The notes under the pieces: generated by a model | Database searches by the model: none | What the model was told of the DNA's origin: nothing | What the model saw: the letters and a program-made list of their open reading frames with translations, nothing else | Source of the DNA: Eledone cirrhosa | Taxonomy: Eukaryota | Length of the DNA: 64,000 bases | Direction: 5' to 3' | Assembly (NCBI GenBank): GCA_964016885.1 | Contig: OZ024758.1 | Span: 23,498,001-23,562,000, forward strand | Translations under genes and position numbers: made by a program | In this document: positions 53,687 to 64,000 of the stretch, piece by piece | How the letters are laid out: each line of letters starts with the position of its first letter | Numbering within the stretch: position 1 is the first letter of the stretch

Positions 53687-54971
53687 CGTCATATATATAT
53701 ATATATATATATATAGTTACCAGCAATAATATTTTTATGTTTACTTTTTTTTCATGCTGGTATGGGTTAGAAGGGCTTGCTTATCTTAATCACATCTATA
53801 AGGCCTGGAGTCAAGGTGACTATCCCAGTGATAACATACTTATACAATAAATAAGAGATGTATGTTTTAATTTACATCAATGTGCTTAATTATCTATTTC
53901 AAATGTAAGTGGGATGAAATGAGTATAAGGAGGATAGCCCCTGCCTGCCAATATACTCCAGCTTTCCCTACTAATATGTCCACCTCTCTGAACCCTAAAC
54001 CCAAAAGAGCAGAAAGGTGGACCAGTATTCAGGTATCCACATGCCAATATACTCCTGATTTCTATGGTTTCCCTCCTTCATCCAAACCAATGTTAGTGTG
54101 AAAAGCTAGGACAACTCTTCCCTTGTCAGATTCACCTTTCTGATCAACCAATTCCCTCCCTTCACACTCATTTTTCCCATCCAACCCAGAAACCCAGGAA
54201 CACCCTACAATATGTCAGACACCCCTATATATTAGTGCTTTCTCTCCCATGGGGAATTGTCTAAGTCCCTATTCCCCCTCCCATTAGTACCATATCCCCT
54301 GCACTCCCAACTCCCATTAATATATCCCTACCACACTTAGGACACTGAACACCCTAGTGGTGTAATTAGGCCATGTTGGTTGAGAAGATATTTTTTCATG
54401 CTCAGAGTTGCATGGAACAAACTACCTGCATCAGTTGTTAGCTGCCAAGACACTGCATCCTTTAAAACCTCCATGTTTCCTGAAATTCGCCAATGCTATA
54501 CCTGATATCCCCACTCCATACACACCCACATGTGTATATCATGACTCATACACTTTCCTGACATTTGTACATTATTCTATGGACTGTACACCCACCTTTG
54601 ACGAGGTGTAGTGCACCTGAGCACTGTACACAAAAATTTCGTTATTATTATTTAAGACCGGTTAGTTTTGCTGGGGACAGGACAAATTCTGTTGAGCTGA
54701 TGCCATGAACAATACACCCAGTACACTCTGTAAAGTACTTGGCATTAGAAAGCACATCCACATGTAGAAAGCATGGTAAAAAAAGAATGTACAAGTGAAA
54801 TGTGGTCCCCTAATAACTGCGAATAAGGTCTGACTTAGTATGCCACAACACATTCACCTGATGCCCACATGGAAAAGCCAACCTAAAATGATGATGATCA
54901 CACACATATATGTATGTATATATATGCACACACACATATATATGTGCACACACACACATATATATATATAT

Positions 54972-55568
54972 CATCATCACTTTAGGTCCATTTTGCATGC
55001 CTGCATGGGTTAGACGGGTTGTCTCATCTGAGGCAAGTTGGGTCAGGTGACCGTGTCTTGCTCATATAGGACTGATTCTGGCTTGGTTTCTATGGCTAGA
55101 TGCCCTTCCTAACGCCACCCAAATTTACAGTGTGTGCTGGGTGCTTTTTGTTGTGATGCCTACATAACTACTTTACAGTGTGGGCTGGGTGTTTTTTGTT
55201 GTGATGCCTACATAACTACTTTACAGTGTGAGCTGGGTGTTTTTTGATGTGATGCCTACATGACTTTACAGTGTGGGCTGGGTGTTTTTTGATGTGATGC
55301 CTACATGACCACTTTACAGTGTGGGCTGGGTGTTTTTTGATGTGATGCCTACATGACTTCTTTACAGTGTGGGCTGGGTGTTTTTTGATGTGATGCCTAC
55401 ATGACTTCTTTACAGTGTGGGCTGGATGTTTTTTGTCGTGTCTCCTACACGACCACTTTACAGTGTGGGCTGGTTGTTTTTTGTTGTCACTCCTATACGA
55501 CCACTTTATAGAGGTGGGCTGGGTATTTTTTGTTGTGATTCCTACACAACTTTACAGTGTGGGCTGGA
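54972..55568 (-). mobile_element. SINE A-related 3' part with ~48-bp tandem expansion
   Basis: About 9 units of tttacagtgtgggctgggtgttttttgatgtgatgcctacatgac.. Confidence 0.85.
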
Positions 55569-55929
55569 TATGTTTTACATACATACATACCATATTTCTC
55601 GGCGTTGAAGACGCTACTTCTTTACTAAAATAAGTCTCAAAAATCTACCATGCGTCCTGGAGGCCGAATGTTGTTTATTTTTTTTCAAATTTTTGGTTGT
55701 TAAAATTAGGGTGTGTCTTTGAGGATGAAGCATCTTCGGCACCAGGAAATACGGTAGATATATTTCTGCCAGTATGACTTTTCATATAGGTTACTGGGAA
55801 TAAAAATGCTTTCCTCATCAATTTTTTTTTATCTTATTCTTCTATAATGATTACAGTGGGGGATATTTATTAATAAGTTCTGTTATTTTGCTCTTTATAC
55901 ACTTAAATTATAATACATCACAGATTAAA

Positions 55930-56459
55930 GCTTTACACATACACATTATCATACACACACACACACACTTACACATACACATTATCACATACTTACACAT
56001 ACACATTATCACACACACACACACACGCTTACACATACACACAGATTTAATAAGTTTATCAAGGTAATCTAAAGTCGTGTATGAGTATATATGTATGTGT
56101 GTGTGAGTATATATGTATGTGTGTGTGTGTGTGAGTATATATGTATGTGTGTGTGTGTGTGAGTATATATGTGGGCGTGTGTGAGTATATATGTATGTGT
56201 GTGTGAGTATATATGTATGTGTGTGTATGTGAGTTGTTAAATAATGGTGATATGTGTGAGTATATATATATATGTATGTGTGTGTGTGTGCGTGCATAGT
56301 TATATATGTGTGTGTGATTTGTTAAATAATGTCATGTGTGAGAGTATATATATATATGTGTGTGTATATGTGCGTACTTTGTTATATAATGGCTGTGTAT
56401 GAGTGTATATATGTATGTGTGTGCGTGTGTAGTTATATGTGTATGTGTGTGAGTATCTG

Positions 56460-56493
<34 letters not shown>

Positions 56494-57215
56494 CTTTGTT
56501 AAATAAGGCCCATGTGTGTGAATATATGTGTATGTGTGTGTGTGTTTTGTTATATAATGGCTGTGTGTGAGTATATATATATGTGTGTGTGTGTGTGTGT
56601 GCGTGCTTTGTTATATAATGGCTAAGTGTGTGAATATATATATATATGTGTGTATGTGTGTGCTTTGTTATATAATAGCCATGTGTGTGAATATATATAT
56701 ATGTGTATGTGTGTGTGTGCTTTGTTATATAATGGCTATGTGTGTGAATATATATATATGTGTATGTGTGTGTGTGCTTTGTTATATAATGGCTATGTGT
56801 GTGAATATATATATATGTGTGTATGTGTGTGTGTGCTTTGTTATATAATGGCTATGTGTGTGAATATATATATATGTGTGTATGTGTGTGTGTGCTTTGT
56901 TATATAATGGCTGTGTGTGAATATATATATATGTGTGTATGTGTGTGTGTGCTTTGTTATATAATGGCTATGTGTGTGAATATATATATATGTGTGTGTG
57001 TGCTTTGTTATATAATGGCTGTGTGTGTGAATATATATATATGTGTGTGTGTGCTTTGTTATATAATGGCTGTGTGTGAATATATATATATGTGTGTATG
57101 TGTGTGTGTGCTTTGTTATATAATGGCTGTGTGTGAATATATATATATGTGTGTATGTGTGTGTGTGCTTTGTTATATAATGGCTATGTGTGTGAGGATA
57201 TATGTGTGTTTTGTT
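55930..57215. repeat. (CA/TG/TA) microsatellites and a ~55-bp minisatellite
   Basis: gtgctttgttatataatggct(a/g)tgtgtg repeated with variable (TA)n(TG)n spacers, 56370-57200. Confidence 0.93.
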
Positions 57216-57358
57216 AAATAATTGTTTCTACTTTTGGTACAAGGCCAGCAACTATCTCAGTGTATTACTGGTACTTTATTTTATCGACCCCCGTAAGGAT
57301 GAAAGGCAAAGTTAACCTCGGCGGGATTTGAACTCAGACCATAAAGGGCCGTTACCAC

Positions 57359-57605
57359 CAGAGTGGGATTTACGTATAAGCTAAACAAGCTATAGCTTAG
57401 GGCCCCCACTTTCTTGGGGCCCCGAAAAAATTGAAAAAAACGGTGTGTACATTTCCAAAATATAAGATAGAAAAGAACTAAAATGATGCAATAGTTTTAA
57501 ACAGTTTTCTGCTTTAATATTGAACGTTTTGCAGTTTTTATAACATATAAAGGGCCCCATTATCTCAAATAGCTTAGGGCCTCATCAAATCTAAATCCGA
57601 CCCTG
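57359..57605. mobile_element. hAT-type MITE nested in SINE B
   Basis: Near-identical to 19517-19767; interrupts SINE B 57219-57656. Confidence 0.85.
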
Positions 57606-59175
57606 GCCGTAACTCTTTGCTACAAAGCATGGCGTCTGACCCTCTACCGATACTGCCTGCCAATCCACTGCCCTTGTTAAATTATGCCCATGTGTATTAA
57701 ATAATGCCCATGTGTGTATGTATGTGTATGTGTGTGCGTTGTTAACAAATGGCTAGATAAGTGAGGTTGTAGTGTTGACTCACTCTAACCTTGAGTAGAC
57801 AACTTGAGATCAATAGACTTATTAAATAAATACAATTGTTTTTTTGTTATATTCTATGAAACATCTGTATTTGTCATATTCATCACCAGGATCTTGATCA
57901 TTGCGGTCATTTTCAAACCTCAGAATACAAGGATCGGCTGCAAAGTTCATAAGCTGACCAAGATACTCTCATGGAAGGACCAAATGAGGTTTTTTTTTTT
58001 TTAAAATATTGTTTCTTTCCAGGGACTATGCAGTTAATATTTCGGAACAAGGATGACAGTAGGGAACCCAGTAGTCCCTGGAAAGAAACATTGTAGTTAT
58101 TAATAAGATGAGTCGAAATTAATGCATGCAAGATTTCACAGCTCTAGCATCACTCCTTCATAGTCAGCCTATGAACTTTTCAACCCACCCTCGTACTATT
58201 CTACAACTGTGAATATAATAATAATAATAATGGCTTCATTTATTGGCCACAAGGGCCGACATATAGGGGACAGTGGGGGTTTTACACAAAAAAAAACGAG
58301 TAAAAAGTAGGAAAACAATAACAATAAACAAGAAAAATACAACAATGAAAATTCGCCAATGGGGGGGGGAGGGATAACCACACAGGGTTGATTCAGGTAC
58401 CCCACCAAACCTGAACCACCCGACGCTTCGAGGGCAAACCTATCCTCCTCAAATTCCCCAGCCTACAAGTGCATGATCAGAGTAGGCCCACTTACACGGG
58501 CCATTCTTGCTACATTCACCCAAGTGTTTGATCAATTTTCTGAAATTAGTATTGCAGATGGTTCCTTCTTCACTTCTAAAGCTTTATTGGTATACGTAGA
58601 GGCTCTCATTGGCTCACTCTTTAATAAGTTATTGTCCTTAGGTGAACATTAATGCAGACAAATTTCGTTTTGAAATCTTGACCTTGACTTTAGGGTTCAA
58701 AACTATCGCAGTTATGAAAAGCTGTCGTTTCTATATAAAACGTAAGTGTAGCTTTCAGTAGAAAACCTCTTGACTTTCTGGGAAGAAACAGCTGCTACTT
58801 AAACATTCTTGACCATTAAAAAAATTTCCCTAAACAATGGTTATCCGGCTTTTTCTTTCACTAAAATACCACAGCCAATTACACACTTTAATCGCTTCTA
58901 TCTTGACCCTCTGAACTAACACGCTACCTACATCACACACACACGTATGGAAAAGCGGATGTAAAATGTTGAAGATGATGATATATATAGGAAAAAGAAG
59001 TTGAAAATGAAGTGGAGTCTTTAAGAAAGTTTATTTACAATAACTTACAACTTTATCAGTTTCACAAGTTTCATTATTTTCAAAAGTTAAGAGAGATGGA
59101 GATATGTGGCTATTACTCTATAACGCGTAACAGCCGACAGGCTGAGGCACCGCCATATATCATTTTCAACATTTT

Positions 59176-59514
59176 CATCATTTCATTTTACGTCCGCTTT
59201 TTCCCTGCTTGCAAGGGTGGGACCGGAACTGATTCTGGCTTGATTTCTACAGCTGGATGCCCTTCCTAACACCAACCTCATTTACAGTGAGTGCTGGGTG
59301 CTTTTTTGCCGTGGCACCTCCACGACCACTTTACAGTGGAATGATAGGGGCCCAAGTCCCTATCACCTCATTTCTACAGCTGAGTAAACTGGAGCAATGT
59401 GAAATAAAGTGTCTTGGTCAAGGAAACAACACAACACATCACGCGGTCTGAGAATTGAACTCACAACCTTTCGATTGCAAGGCCAATGCTCTAACCACTA
59501 AGCCATGTGCCTCC
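59176..59514 (-). mobile_element. SINE family A, full length
   Basis: Reverse complement of the 14326-14660 consensus. Confidence 0.88.
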
Positions 59515-61785
59515 ATATATATATATATATATTGGTATACGTAGAGGCGCTCATATATATATATATCAAACGTCGTCTGACGGGGAGATCTCCCACTCAC
59601 TTTGGGGTGGATGAGAGATGTCTTCTCTTGTGAAAATGGGTATAGCTTTCATTATGTAAAAACTCCCCCATTTTGCCTCATTTCTCCCCGTTTTGAGGCA
59701 CTTTTTTCATGGTACCCCCCGTTTGGATTTTTAGAGGTTGGCAGGTTTGAAACAGTTTTAGTCCTGTAGAAGCCATTTCTATATTAAATATTTATACTCT
59801 GCTATGTATTGAGTACCTTACTGTGGTTACCCCCGATTAAAACCCGGGATACACACACACACACACACACATATATATATGCATCCACTGATGAGTTCTA
59901 AGGGCCCACTTGTGTGTATTTCTATGGATTATATACAAGTTTCTACATAACTTGGACTTTATTTATCCCGCCTTGTAGAAATCTTATAACAAAACGATTG
60001 TATGGAAAGAAAGAGAGATTTATTTAATTGTCTCATATAAAATAATACAACCAACTTTCCATGAAATACTATATAATTAGCACCCCAAACACTTAATTGG
60101 GATTATACTTAAGTATATCCTAATGTTTGTTGAGTGAGATGGAGTTGGTCAGAGTATCGCTTAAAGCTTTCCCTGTTAATGTATTAAATATATATATATA
60201 TATCATCATCATCACCATCATCGTTTAACGTCCATTTTCCACGCTAGCATGGGTCTGGATGGGAATTGTCCCACTTGAGGCAAGATTGGTTGTCTTGCTC
60301 AGGACTGTCTGGTGGGTTTTCTACGGCTGGATGCTCTTCCTAACACCAACCACGTTTACAGTGTGGACTGGGAGGTTTTTACCATGTTACCTACACGGCC
60401 ACATTACAGCGTGGACTGTGTGTTTTTTTTGTTGTGACACCTAAACGACCTCATTTATTTAGGACTGGATGTTGTGGTACCAACATAGCTTTACATCGAA
60501 AGGGGTGGTGTATATATATATATATATATATAACCGAAACTTAAGTCCACAAAATTTCAAATCTGAAATGCTCCGCTGACTCATGTTTTAACAACGCTAA
60601 AAGAATAATTAAGCATAATTAGAACAACACCCAGAATAAGAGAGAAGATCGGAGCACGAGACAAAGATAAGGACTATAATACACACTTAGATAACAAGTT
60701 ATAAATAAGACTCACAGAGAAAGGACATTTTACAGACACACACATATGTACTCTCACGAAAGATAAGCATGCAGTAAGATACTTGAAGATACACACTATA
60801 TATCGTTATATACTGCATATATACAACATATATATATGTATACACATACAGTAGGAACTACTTTTTTTAATCACCTAATGACGAAGACTTTTCGATAACA
60901 ATATCGGAGAGAAGTTGCCTCCCATTCTGTAGGTGCAAGCCCTGTCATCTGGGGTAATATATTCTCCACCCTGTCGGCCGGGACCCAAATCAAATGTGGA
61001 GGGAGGGTAAGTTAGTTGGAGGTGGAGGATATTCGTTCGGACGTCACTTTCCCTCTATTTATTTAAGGATCTCTTTTAACTGATCACATATCTATATTAT
61101 TCTAATTGAATAATCGGCTGATAACATTAACTAAATAAAGTTTGATAACATTATGGCAGTATCGGTAGAGGGTCTGACGCCATGCTTTGCAACATAGAGT
61201 TATGGCCCTTTACGTTCTGAGTTCAAATCCGCCGAGGTTAACTTTGCCTTTCATCCTTACGGGGTTGATAAAATAAAGTACCAGTAATGCACTGGGTAAT
61301 TGCTGGCCTTGTGCCAAAAGTAGAAACAATTATATGAAACGGCTTCCACTATATATCATCATCATCATCATCATCATTTTACGTCCGCTTTTCCCTGCTT
61401 GCAAGGGTTGGACGGGAATTGATATATATATATATATTGTTATGCTTTGGGAGGGTTAATGTTGCCAATAAGAAACACACGCACCAGTTGCTTTCACTCC
61501 AATTTATTATAAATTAAATTTATAAATTTCCGGTTGGTTGGTTGGTTCCATAACCGGACGGTTGTTCATATATTGTCAAAGTTCTTTCGTCACACACTCT
61601 GTGACCTCTTCAGTGACTGGGGATTCTTTTCTTTGTTTTTGTGTCTCTCCTTTGTTCTGTCCTATGCCATCTTGTTTTCAAAAACAAGATGGCGTAGGAC
61701 AGAACAAAGGAGAGGCAAAGCATAACAATATCGGTTTCAACACACGTTTTCAGATAAAGAATCTTGCTAAACAAATTCAGAAACG

Positions 61786-61899
<114 letters not shown>

Positions 61900-62160
61900 A
61901 AGGAATTGTGGTAAGGAATCAGATGGACCATAACGCACCAGAGTACTCAATACTTAGGGTAGTAGAGTGGGAAATAGGAAAAAGTATGACCCCGACGGCA
62001 GAGCTCAAGCCGTTTCGACGGCTATTTTTGGACTAATTTAGTCCAGAAATAGCCGTCGAAACGGCTTGAGTTCTGCCGTCGGGGTCATACTTTTTCCTAT
62101 ATATATATATATATATATACGATATTAAATAAATGGAAACTATATTTATAAAACCATATT

Positions 62161-62226
62161 TATTTCATTATATATATTTCAGGGATATCATATTAACAAT
62201 ATGCTATGCCTTCCTCAGACAAAATA
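62161..62226 (-). ncRNA. Hammerhead ribozyme, left arm of palindrome
   Basis: Minus: tattttgt-CTGAGGA-aggcatagcatatt..aatatgatatccct-GAAA-tatata-TA-atgaaata. Confidence 0.75.
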
Positions 62227-62348
62227 CAATATAGACAGTTTTATAGATAAATAGATTTGACATACCGTACTGCCAAATCAACTTTTCAAATACAAGTCGA
62301 TGTTGAACGGTATGTCAAATCTATTTATCTATAAAACTGTCTATATTG

Positions 62349-62414
62349 TATTTTGTCTGAGGAAGGCATAGCATATTGTTAATATGATAACCCTGAAATA
62401 TATATAATGAAATA
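62349..62414 (+). ncRNA. Hammerhead ribozyme, right arm of palindrome
   Basis: tattttgt-CTGAGGA-aggcatagcatatt..aatatgataaccct-GAAA-tatata-TA-atgaaata. Confidence 0.75.
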
Positions 62415-63340
62415 AATATGGTTTTATAAATATAGTTTCCATTTATTTAATATCGTAAATATACTCCAAATACTTGTTGAGTGCTTTTATATCAGTTATA
62501 AATATTTACTAGTTGTAACCCAACAATTTAAATATAACTTTCCATATATATATATATATTTTGCCTACCACAATGTTCGATTTGTCAAGCTATATAAACA
62601 TTTATTTATCAGAAAGGGTGTGGTAAAATACCAGGTGGACCATAAACCCACCATAGTACTCGATACTTGGGGTAGCGGAGTGAGTAATATGAAAAGATTC
62701 AGGACACCGACGGCTGAGCTCCGGTCGTTTCGACAGCTAGATCCGAACGTTCGAATTTAGCTGTCGAAACGGCCGGAGCTCAGCCGTCGGGGTCCTGAAT
62801 CTTTTCAGGGTCGGACGCCATGCTTTGACGCATAGGGTTGCGGCCCCTGCCATTCTGAGTTCAAATCCCACCGAGGTTAACTTTGCCTTTCATCCTTACG
62901 GGGTACATAAGATAAAATACCAGTAATACACTGGGTAATTGCTGGCCTTGTGCCAAAAGTAGAAACAATTATATATATATATATATTGTTTGAAGAATAA
63001 AGTGACAGTGACTTAAAAGTTCCGGCTGTTTCACAAACACACACGCAACACTAATTTTCATTATATATCTGGCTGAGTGGTAAGAGAATTGGATTAACAA
63101 TCGTGAGGCTGTAAGTTCGATTCCTGGATCGGATTATGCGTTATGTCCTTGAGCAAGACACTTTATTTCACGTTGCCCCTTCTACCTGGAGTTGCGACCG
63201 ATAGATAGTATTAGCAATTGGAAAGGCCAACGGAAACATTGATTCCTCGGTCCGATTTGACGAAAGTCGATCGACTATATATATATATATATATATATTA
63301 TTCAAAATATTAATAAATGAAGACGTTCACAATCAAAATA

Positions 63341-63408
63341 TGTTTTATTATATATATTTCGGAGGTACTGTGCTGTTTTTTCAGTACGTCCTCATCAGAT
63401 AAAATACA
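63341..63408 (-). ncRNA. Minimal type I hammerhead ribozyme
   Basis: Minus: tgtattttat-CTGATGA-ggacgtactg..cagtacctcc-GAAA-tatata-TA-ataaaaca. Confidence 0.82.
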
Positions 63409-63694
63409 TGAATTGATGTATGACATACCTCAACTGTCTTGATAGTTCAATTGCAGTATTGGCAGCAGAGTGCTTTTAATCTATTGTAAAACTATATTCA
63501 TTGAGTAATCAATGAATCATATTAATCTTTGGTTACCTACCCCCCACTCTCCTGAGCGTGAATTTAATAAACATTTATTGTACTGCCTCTCTGTTCTGTC
63601 CCTGTTCAAATTTTTCATTATATATATATATATATATATATAAGTATTGAAGTTTCCGTTGAAAATTGAAAAAGTCATAGGAGTGAAGAGTTAC

Positions 63695-63751
<57 letters not shown>

Positions 63752-64000
63752 CAAAGATAGATACATTTTATTCACAATTGTATAAATAATATTACAAATA
63801 AGAAAATGAAAAGTAAAAGAAAGGAAAAAAAAAACACCAGCAGGTAACACACGCACACGCATATATGTATTAATGGTCTGAAGAAAAGTTAAATGTCAGA
63901 TTTTTTAGAGGAGAAAAAGTTGGAAAGGCAGACATAAACACAGAGCAAATATAATCAAATATATAGATGGAAAAATTAGCTTTTAAATCACTTTAAATTC

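Noticed and set aside
59888-59915. CTGATGAG as a hammerhead core
   Set aside because: No stem II or GAAA partner follows
60875-60900. CTAATGA..GATA hammerhead-like string
   Set aside because: Two core mismatches and no stem I

Overview
AT-rich, repeat-dense eukaryotic genomic DNA. The SINE/MITE families and (TA)n/(CA)n density suggest an octopod cephalopod (inference from remembered repeat families). There are two intron-containing housekeeping genes in divergent orientation, with start codons about 9 kb apart. Sec61 alpha is on the minus strand: 9 coding exons from 18503 down to 1443, continuing past the left edge. V-ATPase V0 subunit d is on the plus strand: complete, 8 coding exons, 27494-47510, 349 aa. 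Almost all other ORFs in the track are microsatellite, minisatellite or transposon artefacts. Introns and intergenic DNA hold tRNA-derived SINEs, piggyBac/hAT/mariner/9-bp-TSD MITEs, LINE 3' fragments and several satellites. The most striking signal is at least 10 minimal type I hammerhead-ribozyme motifs (stem I - CUGANGA - stem II - GAAA - very short stem III - UH). They sit in short non-coding modules stacked in or beside (TA)n tracts, several as long fold-back palindromes. In nine related copies, stem II differs in sequence but keeps its pairing and a C-C/C-U mismatch at its 4th position. These are most likely Penelope-like pLTR or retrozyme-type elements.
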